Below, piece after piece: positions 48,740-62,500 of a stretch of 64,000 bases of DNA. The notes under the pieces were generated by a model, which did not search any database, was not told the DNA's origin, and worked only from the letters and a program-made list of their open reading frames with translations. The position numbers and the translations under genes are program-made. Within the stretch, counting starts at the first letter, position 1. Each line of letters begins with the position of its first letter. Source of the stretch: Leucoraja erinacea (taxonomy: Eukaryota); contig NC_073401.1 of the NCBI RefSeq assembly GCF_028641065.1, positions 22,878,001 through 22,942,000 of the forward strand, in the 5' to 3' direction.

Positions 48740-49380
48740 AAACATAGAAAATAGGTGCAGGAGTAGGCCATTCGGCCTTCGAGCCTGCACCGCTATTCAA
48801 TATGATCATGGCTGATCATCCAACTCAGTATCCTGTACCTGCCTTCTCTCCGTACCCCCTGATCCCTTTAGCCACAAGGGCCACATCTTAAATATAGCCA
48901 ATGAACTGGCCTCAACTACCTTATGTGGCAGAGAATTCCACAGATTCACCACTCTCTGTGTAAAAAACGATGTTCTCATTTCGGTCCTAAAAGACTCCCC
49001 CCTTATCCTTAAACTGTGACCCCCTTGTTCTGGACTTCCCCAACATCGGGAATAATCTTCCTGCATCTAGCATGTCTAACCCCTTAAGAATTTTGTAAGT
49101 TTCTATAAGATCCCCCCTCAATCTTCTAAATTCTAGCTAGTACAAGCCGAGTCTATCCAGTCTTTCTTCATATGAAAGTCCTGCCATCCCAGGAATCAGT
49201 CTGGTGAACCTTCTCTGTACTCCCTCTATGGCAAGAATGTATTTCCTCAGATTACGAGACCAAAACTGTACGCAATACTCCAGGTGTGGTCTCACCAAGA
49301 CCCTGTACAACTGCAGTAGAACCTCCCTCCTCCTATACTCAAATCCTTTTGCCATGAATGCTAACATTCCATTCGCTTTC
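48740..49380 (-). mobile_element. CR1/HER1-like LINE 3' fragment
   Basis: ORF 49137-49403 reads [27 protein letters not shown]. Confidence 0.9.
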
Positions 49381-49383
49381 TTG

Positions 49384-50637
49384 ACCAAACAATACTGCAC
49401 CATCTTGTCTCCTTAGACTCTATTCAATATATAACTATTGTTTGTAAACGGTTAGAGGATTTCCATGATACACCAAAGAATATAATGCGGGTACCAAGTA
49501 ATTAAAAACGTTAACACAATGCTATTTTTCTTTGCTGGGCGATTGAATGAAAACAGAAGACTTGGAATGGTACTCTTTCAGTTCAACGCATCTTGTCCTT
49601 GAATTGGTACTGGCTAAATGATTGATATCGATGCTGATCAGTTCCGTGACGTTTTCGGACGTTAGATTGTATGCGGAAGTCACAAACTACACCACCAAGT
49701 TCCACCAACCATGTTAGCTGGACATTTGGCTGCATTTACATTCAGAGAGTAATCCGCTCTGAGAAAACGCGGCACAGGAACGCCAACTGATCCATTTGAG
49801 TAAAATGTTTCATTGCGTGTTTCCTTTAATATCATATGATTATTAAAAAATATTGGAGACTTTCAGATGTAGTGAGTTTTTTTTACAGTTGTAATAGATG
49901 ACACATCTGGAGGCGGGTTTTGCAATTTATTTCAGTGAAGTTTATGAATGGAAATTAGTATGATTCCTTCATCTAATCCAGTTAAATTCTGCAAGAAACA
50001 CGTAATTATGAATGAAAAAGCTGTATATCGGAAATAAACAGTAAAGGCTGGAAACAGTTAGTAGGTCAGATGGCACCTATGACCACAGAAGTAGATGTGA
50101 CTTTTCAGATCCATGGCGTTTGGTTTATTCGGGAAATCATTCTTTCACCGTCTCAATTATGTGGGCGTTTTATTTTAGCTGGCTTTCGATCAATTTCCTT
50201 CTTTGACTCCGTTTTTTACCTCCCATTTATTCTTCTTCCTCTTCTGATGCTATCCATAACATCCATTTGAACAGGGGTCCTGATCCGAACTGTTATCTGT
50301 CAATTTCATTCCTCAGAAGTAGCCTGCCCCACTGAGTTCCTCCAGCACTTTGAGTTCCCCTTAAATTCCACCAAAAGCACTCTCTTCAGTCTCTATAAAG
50401 TGAACACTTTCATGTTTCGATGTGCGCTGTTCAATCTCTTTTGCACCACCGGCCCACACCGGGATCACCAAACAATACTGCACCATCTTGTCTCCTCTCT
50501 ATTCAATATATAATTATGCTGTGTAAACCATTAGGGATGTCCATGATACACCAAAGCATATAATGCGGGTAACAAGTAATTAAAAAAATTAACACAATGC
50601 TATTTTTCTTTGCTGGGCGATTGAATGAAAATAGAAG
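49384..50637 (+). repeat. Diverged direct repeat of about 175 bp (49384-49559 and 50467-50637)
   Basis: Direct sequence comparison. Confidence 0.85.
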
Positions 50638-50922
50638 GATGTGCTTTTCAGTAGTTGACAATTGCCGCAACCATACCTTTAGTATACTACTTAGTATTAG
50701 TATCATTTTTGAAGTAATGTTATTAATGCCTTGAGTGCAATCTGGGGATAATCTGAAACAAGCAGGATTATTACGGAGACTGGACGGGCTAGGTTTACAC
50801 CTGCTGGAATTTAGAAGATCGCGAGGGGATTTGAATGAAACGTAAAATCTTGAGGAGTCTTGATAGAACATATTATTAAGAACACTATGGCACAGGAAGA
50901 GGCCCCTCAGCCCAGCAACTAG

Positions 50923-51946
50923 TAGGTATGTTATAAAACCTACCCGAATCGTGGCTGAGCATCTGCCCCACCCCTTGTGTGTGATTTTGGCGCTGTTTAG
51001 AGGGGGCGGGTTTAAAACGCGATTTTTACTAGGCTGTTGCAATCGAAAATGTTCAGCCTAGTAAATCATTAACGGAAAATCGCTGAAAGACCCCTTCGCA
51101 AAAGGTATTATTAGTTTTTATGGCCTTGTAAAATAGTTAGAGTAGTTTAAAAATCACTCTCTCACTCCGCAACCTCTCGCAGCCCTAGGGTTTTATAAAG
51201 CAAACAATTAAAGGTATGTACCTTATTTTTACATTAAATGGGGCATGTTTATAACCCTGTTATTAAAGTTTTCTATAGCGAGTAGCTCATTTTGGGCTCT
51301 TTATATCCCGCAGTATTTTTCTGGGAATTTGAGGGCACAAATCCAGCGCAATGTGAACGTTCTAAACCAGCGCGTTCACAGGAACCCACTAGAAAGCCGA
51401 TTTAAATTGACTTTAAGTTACAGCAATTGAACACTAAATTCCTTCCATTTGGCCTATAAATTGATGTAAATGAGATTTAAAAATCATGTTTTATTGTGAA
51501 TTATTTGTGAATATTATTTGGACACTTGGGCTATTTAAAAATGTTAATCATTTATTAAGAAATGGATAGATGTTTAGATCTAGTAAATTGAAGTTTGAAA
51601 TTAGCTACAATTGGGTAACTAACTAATTATATGCTTTAATTTCAGGCCATCCAAGTTAGATTATTCAAGTCAGAATGGTTCAATCTATGATAACTGAAAA
51701 TTTCATTCAGTTCTCTTAATTTTTAAGAAGGTTATGCGCTTTTGACTGTCCACGATCACAGCTTTTTTGTTATGTCCATAGAAAATCAATAGGGAACAAG
51801 ATGCTAATTTCCGAGTATGAAAATGGCCATAACTTTTTTATTATGAAAGTGAATTAGGTGTCAAATTAAACTTATTGTTATGCTTTATCTGATGGGATAA
51901 ATTGCAGACTTGATTTTTTAAATCTCAAAATTTTGTAACATTGCTA
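50923..51946. mobile_element. Non-autonomous DNA transposon with TAG-ended TIRs
   Basis: Left end TAGGTATGTTATAAAA versus reverse complement of right end TAGCAATGTTACAAAA; direct repeat CAACTAG on both flanks; interrupts a CR1 3' fragment. Confidence 0.75.
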
Positions 51947-54900
51947 CAACTAGATGCCATGGCCAACCATTATCTGCCTGCATATAATCGATATCCCTCC
52001 ATTCCCTGCATGTCAATACGCCTACACAAAAGTCATTTTAAACGCCACTAATGTATCTACTTCACGACTTCACTACCCACGACTGCGCGTTCCAAGCACT
52101 TACCACCCTCTGCGTATAAACATTGCTCCGCACATCTCCTTTAAATTCAGAAATACTGTATCTAGAGGTCAGGATACTGCTTAATTTTAACGGAGGGTGG
52201 GGTGGGGGATGGGGGGATGGGGGATGGGGGGGGGGGGGGGAGGTGGCATCCATTCATGTCAGGGATGAGGCGTTGGTTTCCCTCTCAATTTCTTCCATAT
52301 ATTTTGGAAGGCGGAAGTAGATAGATTCCGGCCTCTGTATAATCATGATTTTACACAATTTTGAAGTTCATTCTCCTCCTATGTACTCATATGTACAGTT
52401 GAGAATGTGGAGCGAACAGAAATCGGATTCATGTACATTAGTCTAAATAGGTGGATGTGGACTAAGGCAGATTCGGTGGTGCTTCTGCCTTGTAACTTTC
52501 TATGACTATTTAAACTTCCTCCAGTAGGTCTGTCGCCCCTCGCAAGGCTTCTTCACTTTATTTTCATCGACACGTATCAGCCTCATCCATATCTCCTGGT
52601 CCCCTCCCCGTTCCACATATTTTACTGACCCACTTTGCAGCAATTCAAAATATGTATGTTTTCTTTTTTTTAAGTTTTGGCGAAAGATCATCAGCGTAAA
52701 CCATTAACCCTGTCGCTTTCTCCATAGATTCTGCCTTAGTCGATATGTGCCATTACTATTTCAGATGTATTACATCAGCAGACTTTCTTTGCAATCAGGC
52801 ACCGCACTCGTCTTCTTTTCAGAAGGTGCACTCACTCTATCGATGGAGATGACAAGCATTAAAGATCAGAGTCAAACCGCATTCAGGAAAATCCAGGGCA
52901 ATTATTTGAACGAAACAGTTTTTTTGGCAGAGCCACACAATGACTTTATCATGCAACAGGGTTTCAAGTACTAATGCAAATTTCCCTCTGGTCGCTCACG
53001 ATACAACAACATGTGTAAATGGTATAACATTTCCATCCAATGGCACAAAGGCATATTACATCAGATACATTTCAGAACATTTGCGCGAAACCGCCAGACA
53101 CGAGAGCAAAGTTATAGAAGCATAGAAACACTGAAACATGGAAAATAGGTGCAGGATGAGGCCATTCGGCCCTTCGAGCCAGCACCATCATTCATTGTGA
53201 TCATGGCTGATCGTCCCCTATCAATAACCCGTGCCTGCCTTCTCCCCATATTCCTTGACTACCGCTAGAGCTCTATCCAACTGTCTCTTAAATCCATCCA
53301 CTGCCTTGTCCTTCACTGTCCTCTGTGGGAGGGAATTCCACAAATTCACAACTCTCTGGGTGAAAAAAGTAAGGGATAACTCAAAATTGGACAATTCATA
53401 CCCCCAACCCAGTTGTTGTACTAGTTTCACTGTCTTCCTGGTGAGTTTCACTGTCTGTAATGCCCCTGTCCCACTTAGGAAACCTGAACGGAAACCTCTG
53501 GAGACTTTGCAGGTTGTTGCCGGAGGTTGCAGGTCGTGGAAGCAGGCAGGGAGACTGACAAAAACATCCACTATCATCGTCTATCTTTCTAGTTTCCCTT
53601 TCCCCTGACTCTCAGTCTGAAGAAAGGTCTTGGCCCGACACCCCTTTTCCTCAGAGATGATGTCTGACCTGCTGAGTTACTCTAGCTTTTTGTGTCTATC
53701 TTCCGTTAGGTTGCAAGCAACCCCAGTGGAATATGAGGCGCAGTTCTATTTTGCCTGTTCACTCTGGAAATACAGGAGGCCTAGGACAGAAACATCAGTA
53801 AAGGACCTGGAGATGGAGCATAATGTTTTAGCAACTGGGAGACCCAGGAGGCTTAGGTGGACGGGGTCCAAATTTAGCAAAGGCTAGAGATGAAAAGGAG
53901 AGGAAGATTGGTTTAATGGGATGAAGGAAAGCAGCAGAGTCCACCAGTATTGTCCGATCAGAATGGCAAGCGTCCTGGCACTTATTACAGATGAGGATGA
54001 AGGATCCAGAGATAAATGAGTAAAGGATTGTTTTAAATTGGAAAAGGAAACATGTAAGTTTTTCCATTCTTAGTGGGCATATAGTGGGTATTATTGTAGG
54101 CTCATTTAGCTCATCGCGTTATTGACCAGATACGACTAAATGTGACCACGTGAACAGTGATTGTAAATATTAAATTTCGTGCCACAGACCTTTCAAATGT
54201 CAAATGTCAACCCGCAGACATGAATTTCTTCTTTTCCTGCTAAAATCAAATCTGTGAACTTGTCCAGTTAGTTAATTCTCCCAATTGTATTATAATGTAA
54301 TAAGTTATAATGGTGTGCAGTCAATTAGTTTACATAGGTGATTCGGATAAGGCACCTACATTATGTTTTTAACCTTGCTGTCTAATCAGCCAAAGCTCTG
54401 AAGATGACAAAGGGAGGCTACATGCGAATGCAGATAGGTGGAGAATAGGCACGTATCTGGCAAGTAAGGGCATAAGGTGATACAAAAATAGATTAGGACT
54501 ATTCAGAAGCTCTGCTAACAAGCAACTTCCATGGAGAGAAAAATAAAGTTCATGTACAGGATCTGATGAAGCTTCTCGCTCCAAAGATTATCACATTAGA
54601 ATAATAAGCTAATATTTTCCAGGGCATGTTTTCTGTCTTCCTTGATTCGTCTCATCTCATCGATGTAAATATCTTGGTGATAAATCCCTGAAATGCATTT
54701 CAAAATCCTAGCTATTCTAAACCCCCAAGTGTTTGTGAAAGTGGACACATTATTGTTCAGAACTTGATTACCGAAAGATTAGAATAGTGAAGAACATATA
54801 TAGGCCTTGCAGATTGTGCGAAAGGCAGCAAACGCTATATAGAAGTTCATGCATGAATGAAAGCTGATTCAAACCTTGAGTACAATTTTGAGCTTTGCGA

Positions 54901-55350
54901 CGAGGATGACGTAACAATGAAGAACTAATTATCCTAGGTACACAGTGTCTGATGCTGCAAATGGATAACTGCTGTCAGGTTTGGACACTGGGGCTCAAGA
55001 AAGATAAACAGCATTAGCCTTGCAAGGCACATGACGTATATTTGTTGAATGACAGCGAAAAGTACAAGGAATTAATCTAACCAATGTTTTTATTATGAAT
55101 CCATTGGAAAGATGGAAAGAAGCCAAGTACATGTAAGAAATCTGGATATATGCAGAATGTTCAAATTACAGCAAGACTATTTCTGATTCAAATCAGACGA
55201 CACCCTTCCACACTTACAGCAATAAGTCGCTGAAACTAATTCCTGTCAAAGTATGTCAATAACAGTTTACATGGCACGGCAATGTCAGGAACAATTAAAT
55301 TGTGGACATTTGTAAATACCATTGAGCATAATTCAGCAGAATGTCTAGAT

Positions 55351-55704
55351 CAGGGGTGGGGAACCTTTTCATGGTGGAAGGCCGCATTGTTAGCTGTAAT
55401 CTAATAAGGCCGCAGCCAAGAAACTTCAACTAGATGTACTTCAAAATGTACATTATTTTGTTAAAATAGCCCTCATGACTTACTAATGCTTTAATTGTGG
55501 CCGTCAGTCGGGGAGGATTATTTCGTTGAAACTTCTTTTACTCTGGTATTTAAAACACATTTTTTTAAGATCAAAATTAAAATAATAAAAGACGAACAAA
55601 AACATATAAAAGGATTTGTTCTACAAAATTTGGATTCATTCTAAAGGCCGCGCTTAATGGCTTAGGTCGCATGCGGCCTTAAGGCCGCAGATTCCCCACC
55701 CCTG
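55351..55704. mobile_element. hAT-Charlie-type MITE
   Basis: 13-bp TIR CAGGGGTGGGGAA; perfect 8-bp TSD GTCTAGAT (55343-55350 and 55705-55712) matching the NTCTAGAN preference. Confidence 0.92.
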
Positions 55705-56932
55705 GTCTAGATGATTGCTGAAAACCACCGAAGCATCTGGTGAATGCAAGCAAACAATGAAATACATTATGAAGGATGGGGGAGATAAAGAAAGGAAAGC
55801 AACAAGCAAAACATTGGATTAAACACAATACTGGGGATCAAATCAAATGAAAAATATGATGAAGATAGCAATAAAAAATTGAACAACTAAGCCAACTGTA
55901 CAAAAATCGTTTTATAAGGATAGTAGATGATATCTGATGAATATATGGCTTGGTAAAAACTGATATCCACCATGTTCGATTACATAGGTAGGTGCTACAT
56001 GGGGCTAAAAGGTGTTTCTATATTTTCTGTGAGATTTTGCAACAATAGAACAGATTCTCAAGTTTATTCTCAAATGATTGCAAGACTTCCAAAAACTACC
56101 CATACTGCTGATCATGATTTGATTGATACGATGTTTCACAGTGCCACATTAATCAACCAAAATTCTGGAAGGATAAGGATTAACATGCTTTACCAACATT
56201 CCAATATTGCTGTGCTTCCCTTCTTGAAAATACAATTGGTTTCAAATTAACCTCCGCAAATGGCACTGTACTTGGACATATCGAAAATATTAGCGCTCCT
56301 GTAATACACAATGTGTGCTCCTAAAGATGCTGGGTTAGTAGGTCTGTTACACAGTCTGAAGCTTTCCTGCAATGTATCAAAAAGAACAGGATTGTCAATG
56401 TCTCTGTCTCAATGCCCCCCTTGGATGCTTCAAATCATTTGTCTATGTTCAGCTTTCCCAGGAACTTCAGACACATAATTCTAATCAATACTAAATAGAA
56501 TCTTAGCACACTAATTGTTGGGCTGTGAGCCCAAGTTATTAAACTCTGCACACTGTGGAGAATCATGATTTCGTGAAGTCTAACATTCAGTACGAAAACA
56601 CAAAATGAAGGAGGAATGCCAATGCAGAAATCACATATGAAGAGCGAAAGCGTGTAACAAATAAACTGCTATAGCTCAATAGACAAATGTAACCATGATC
56701 GTTAGCATTACATTGCTCCAAATGCGGATATCTAATTCAAAATAGGGTTGAAACATTTNNNNNNNNNNNNNNNNNNNNNNNNNNNNNNNNNNNNNNNNNN
56801 NNNNNNNNNNNNNNNNNNNNNNNNNNNNNNNNNNNNNNNNNNNNNNNNNNNNNNNNNNNNNNNNNNNNNNNNNNNNNNNNNNNNNNNNNNNNNNNNNNNN
56901 NNNNNNNNNNNNNNNNNNNNNNNNNNNNNNNN

Positions 56933-57527
56933 TCCGACCGACTGCCGTCCGGCGCCCTTCCTGCCTTTCAATTCGTGCCCGATACTCGCAGATGTCCAAT
57001 CGGAATGGCCGATGCTCGCAGATGTCCAATCAGAATGGATCCATTTGCATGTACGGCTGCCGGCTGCATTTCTTCCTTTGATTCATTGCCACGCCCAATC
57101 CAGACGCTCAATCTCCGAGATCTTTTCCATTTCGGTAGAGATTTCGCTTTTCTTTCTAAGTATCTGCTCCTCATTACATTTCGTCGTGTTTAATGCACGT
57201 TTTTAATCAAATCCTTCCCCCCCCCCCCCCTCCACACCCAAATATTTCAAAATTAACTGGCTTCTCCATTTACATGTCAGCTTCCAACACACTTCGAAAC
57301 AAAGTTGCAAGACAGGAACACTCTGAACTTTTCACTGCTGCAGCAGGCAGGGGAGGTGCCATTGGATTTTTTTTTAAATCCACTACTGAGGGAGGCAGGG
57401 CAGTGCTGGAATCTTACTTTTGGGAACGGCTTCAGTTCCATTGGAGGAGACGGGTGCATGGTGGAATATTGGGTTGGGGGATCACACCATTGGGGGATCA
57501 GACCCAACGGGTCTGCACTTGGTCTAG
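56933..57527 (+). mobile_element. Helitron-like non-autonomous element, 3' part (5' end probably in the N gap)
   Basis: Terminal hairpin CAGACCC-AAC-GGGTCTG (57499-57515), then 8 nt, then CTAG|T (57524-57528). Confidence 0.6.
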
Positions 57528-59159
57528 TAACAGTTAAATCTCCTCTGGGCATCATCCTCCAACAGCCACTCAATTCACCATAAATCCAGTAATTGAATTT
57601 GCACTGGGCTACAATTTATAAACAAAAGCACAATTTTTGTGTACTTTGGGATGTTTGTGAAAATCTTTGTCACAATCCAGTGCTGATGCAGGAAATCTGG
57701 AAAAAAAGTCAGCAAAATGAAAGGGATACTCAGCAGCAGCTTAAATACCATTCACAACAGCAAATATATGTTTTATGTTACATACATTGCTTACTGTTCG
57801 CTGTCACTGATATGATTGGAGATGGAAAATAAGAGGATGATTCGGTGGGAATAACGCAGTTTTGCTCTTGTACTGGGAGTGAAATATATAAACTACTGCT
57901 ATATTAAAGACAGAATGTCAGGACTACACTAGCTTAGTCACAAAATAATATATGTAGGGTACATTTATGTATTTGTCTTCTTATAGCTCTGAATTTGTTT
58001 ACCCGTGCTGAATAGTGCCCATTACGTCTGTGGTATATTTGACACCAATGAAAAAACTGAAACCGGATATCTTTTTGCTAAATATAACAACAGTGTTTGC
58101 ATACTATTTTCACTTTAGTTATTTATCGGTAGGTTGTCAATAAATCATCACCAGCTTAACTATGAACAGATGGCTTTCGGGAGTTCCCCACTCCTCAGAG
58201 AGGCAGTGACTGCGGCCAATAAACCATATATCGCGAACCGAAAGAAGAAATATTCTCAGATGCCAGTTATTTCAAAATATTGCACATTCTAAGCAGCGAC
58301 TTGGATATTATTTATAGGTCGTTTAAATGAGCAAGAGAAGAAGCCCATTGNNNNNNNNNNNNNNNNNNNNNNNNNNNNNNNNNNNNNNNNNNNNNNNNNN
58401 NNNNNNNNNNNNNNNNNNNNNNNNNNNNNNNNNNNNNNNNNNNNNNNNNNNNNNNNNNNNNNNNNNNNNNNNNNNNNNNNNNNNNNNNNNNNNNNNNNNN
58501 NNNNNNNNNNNNNNNNNNNNNNNNNNNNNNNNNNNNNNNNNNNNNNNNNNNNNNNNNNNNNNNNNNNNNNNNNNNNNNNNNNNNNNNNNNNNNNNNNNNN
58601 NNNNNNNNNNNNNNNNNNNNNNNNNNNNNNNNNNNNNNNNNNNNNNNNNNNNNNNNNNNNNNNNNNNNNNNNNNNNNNNNNNNNNNNNNNNNNNNNNNNN
58701 NNNNNNNNNNNNNTCTGATAATTGTTAGAGTGTATGTGTGTGTGTATATGTGGTTGTCTTTAGATCTTCTCAAAAACACTACGCGGTAACGATAACATTT
58801 TTAGATATTCTTTTTTTTTTAATATAATTTTATTTATTAGAAGTTGTGTACATTACAATAATATAAGCCAAAAATAACATAATACATTTCTTGTACCACT
58901 TCATATTTTAAACTTTATAAAGCAGAAAAGTAAAGAAAATGAGATAGGATAGTGAGTGTGTGAAAGAGTGATCAAAAAAAGACCCTTAGACACGAAGAAT
59001 TGGGAAAAGAAGTTAAGAAGTAAGCCATAGAAAACGAAAAAGAAACAAAGAAAACAGAAAATATGTTGAAAGTTTTTTTTTTTAAAGAGCTAAAAGGGAT
59101 ATACCAACTTCGTATATTTCCTCCCCCCTCACCAGGTCTTGAAACCATTTCTTTTTTAC

Positions 59160-59582
59160 ATTTTTACATATTCTGATTGACATTTTTTCCCTCGATCACC
59201 TTAACTGAACATTTTATGCTTTATTTCTCCTTATTACTGATTAAAAGTAAAAGTTTAAAAACATCAAAAGACTTTGAATTTTAAATGACCAGCTTTCGCT
59301 GATGGCGTCACAGTAGCTCGGTTGGCAGTGATCAACTTCACTGAATATTTCATCCTATATTTCACGTTATTCGTGATTAAAGCTTAAAAAAAATGCCAAC
59401 TTTCACAAGATTTTTACATATTCCGATTCATATTTTTCCCCTCTAGGCAGAGAGCACCTTCACTGAACATTTTATGCTTTATTTCTCAACATTACTGATT
59501 AAAGTTTAAAACAATTTATAAAAGACCAGCTTCAACTGATGACGTCACAGTGGCTCAGCTCGCAGTGATCAGCTTCACTGAA
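59160..59582 (+). repeat. Imperfect tandem duplication of about 180 bp inside a repeat-like segment between gaps
   Basis: 59160-59345 versus 59410-59582. Confidence 0.75.
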
Positions 59583-62500
59583 ACACTCTGAACTTTTCGG
59601 GGTCTGGAACGGGTTCGTTGGGGGAGNNNNNNNNNNNNNNNNNNNNNNNNNNNNNNNNNNNNNNNNNNNNNNNNNNNNNNNNNNNNNNNNNNNNNNNNNN
59701 NNNNNNNNNNNNNNNNNNNNNNNNNNNNNNNNNNNNNNNNNNNNNNNNNNNNNNNNNNNNNNNNNNNNNNNNNNNNNNNNNNNTACTCCTGATCAGTGCA
59801 ACCAAAACAAGTTAAAACAAGATAAAAACACATCCAATAAGCTGGAGTGCAGGGAGGAGAGGAGCGTATCTGCAATGACGTTATAACAAATGCATTGGCA
59901 TATGTACACAATTTTAAAAGTTTTCCTCGAATACTAATTATGATTTCACCAATACCCCACACATTGTCAGAAACTTGAATGGTAAAATTTGGGTGCCCGT
60001 TTTTGGAAATTATTGAAGATGGGATTCGACCGGAAACGTCATCTATTTCTTTCTCCAGGGATGCTCCAGAGATGTCTGACCCGCCGACTTACACCAGTTT
60101 TTTGCGTCTATCTTCGGTTTAAACGAGCATCTGCAGTTCCTTCCTACACAAGACTGAAATGTTTCCAGTTGTTTTAGCCCACTCTGCATCAAATCAATAA
60201 AATGGTGTGTATTTGATAAATAAAATACTAATGGTTAGGACAGCATTGTGTTTAGTGTTGCAGGCTCTTGCTCCAAAACACAACATGAAAGCACAACCCT
60301 GCATCTACCTATCAGGGTATGAGTTTGTACCAATAATGTCTACCCTCCATTTATTTGACTCGCGTAGGGCAAAGTATGCACTGCATAACTTCTATTTATC
60401 ATGATATGAAATTGAAGAATATGAAACTCTGATTTACCATTAAGATTATATATATATTCTATGTGCCTGTGTCAAATCATCTGACTTACATAATTGCATG
60501 CATAATTTCTTAATCTTTAGTATAGAAATTGGAAGGATTAAAAGATATTCGCCTTCCTAATGCAACACCACTCGCCTATTAAATCGGTGTAATGAGGTCA
60601 CGAGCATGGACACCATTGCATGCATTAGGGATGCGTTCACGTTTATAGATTTTATATGGATTTTGCAAAAAAATATCATTGTCGTGATATTGTATACAAT
60701 TGACTGTAAATGTATATCATCTCTGCAATAAATTGTAATGCTCACAAGTATGGAAATATGTGTAGGAAGGAACTAGAGATGCTGGTTTAAACCGAAGATA
60801 GACACAAAAAAGCTGGAGTAACTAACTCAGCGGGACAGGCTGTATCTCTGGAGAGAAGGAATGGGTGACGTTTCGGGTCGAGAACTTTGTTCAGACATAT
60901 GTAAGACAATAATGCCATCTACCGGTGAATGTTCAAACGGCGGACAGAGATCACCTTTGCTGATTTGTGTTCACCGATTATATCTACCTTCGATCAAATG
61001 TATACTTTTGATGGAGTTTGGCAATGGAGCAGGAATTTGCTGAACTTAACAACAATTATTTTGAGGAACCTGTCCATTAAACTGGAGCGGAAAAGCAAGT
61101 CCATTCATTTGAATTGAGAGAAATGTCAATGATGGAAACGTGACTAGCAGTATTATACTCAAGTGAGATTGTTTCAATGTTTTCAATTGTCATCTATAAG
61201 ATTCGCTGTTGTATGTAGCTATATTTACTATTTGCACATACCTTTATTTTCATTCATTTTGATGTGTTTCGAAATGTGAATTAATTTATATGGTTGCATT
61301 AATGCTTTCGAAAACATTGAATGCCATCAGCAGCTTTGGCAGGCAGTAATGTCTCTCAAGTATTGCGGAGGTCTTCACTACTTAAGATTAGTTCAACACT
61401 TAAGCACAAGTTCACAGAAGATAGGTCCAATGACAGAGGCAGCTCTTATGGCGAAGTAATGACATTTGTAGTAGGTGCCCACTGTTGCAACAACGGTGCT
61501 ACACAATGAGGTCGTTCTGAGCGGCTCAATACCCATTATTTTAGGAGCCGGGGTGACTGGTCCCGTTCGCCTACACATCACCCACTCCCGCCCCCATTTC
61601 CCTGACAGCTACCCTCCATTTGTGTGTGTGCATGTGCTTTTGGTATGTCAGCAGTAACTATCCCTCGCCATTTGTAACTGTTTTCATCCTATTTGAATGC
61701 AAAGCTCCAAATCATTGCTTCAATTATTAATCTCAAGCATTAACATCAATGGGCTTGAAAATAATCCATGAATTGGTGTTTCGGACTGGAAAATGTGGCC
61801 GTTAGCACTCACTGAATGGACCATGTCATCGCCGAACATTGCGATGTTCGCATGATTGCAAATATGGTATGAAATTAATATGACAAATGTTGGAAGTTCG
61901 ATTTCGGTATTTAAGTGATGTGTTTCGATCTGTAACTGAGCACCATACAATAGGAGGATTAGTTGAGGAAACGGTTCAATCACCTGATTACCAGCGCAAA
62001 AGACATCATCAATTAAGAAATCCTGTGAAATATACATCAATAAGAAGAGAATAGCAATAAGCAGCCAGTTATGACCGGAACTAATATATACATCAGATAG
62101 AGCAGGTGAACGCCAAAGTTCAGACTGAAACCATCAGGTGCTACTGATGCATTGAGATTACAGATCCCAAGAAACATTCTCATGAATGCCGTCACGGTTA
62201 GAGATCCAGCAAAACAAGACTCCGCCATTGGATTCTATATGACTCGCCGGGGCGGGCAATATCTGATTGGGGATGGACAGGTATCGTTTCAGGTCTAGAC
62301 CCTTCTGCACTAATTGAGACAGAGGGCAGAAAGCTGGAAAATATATATGAGGTGTGATAAAGCCTGCCAAGTTATAAGTGGATACATGTGAGAGGGGGTT
62401 GAATAGCAGATGGGGGTAGGGGGTTAATTGGCAAAGGCTAGGGGTGAAAAGGGAATCAGCACCAAGCGGGGAATGGAGTGAAGGATAACCCTGGAGGAAG

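Larger units (their letters stand above)
56759..59783. other. Assembly gaps (N runs at 56759-56932, 58351-58713, 59627-59783)
   Basis: N characters in the sequence. Confidence 1.

Noticed and set aside
49595-49625. LNWYWL peptide reminiscent of the V FR2 motif SWYWQ
   Set aside because: A stop follows immediately and the flanks show no V-domain similarity.
50503-51042. 179-aa minus-strand ORF, and other ORFs over 100 aa such as 22902-23366 and 61720-62040
   Set aside because: They cross repeat boundaries or lack recognisable domains and splice structure, consistent with chance ORFs.
59546-59585. CACAGTG heptamer (also about 54941)
   Set aside because: There is no nonamer at 12 or 23 nt, and the first lies in a duplicated repeat segment.
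56676-59962. ORFs containing X runs
   Set aside because: They are artefacts of reading through assembly gaps.
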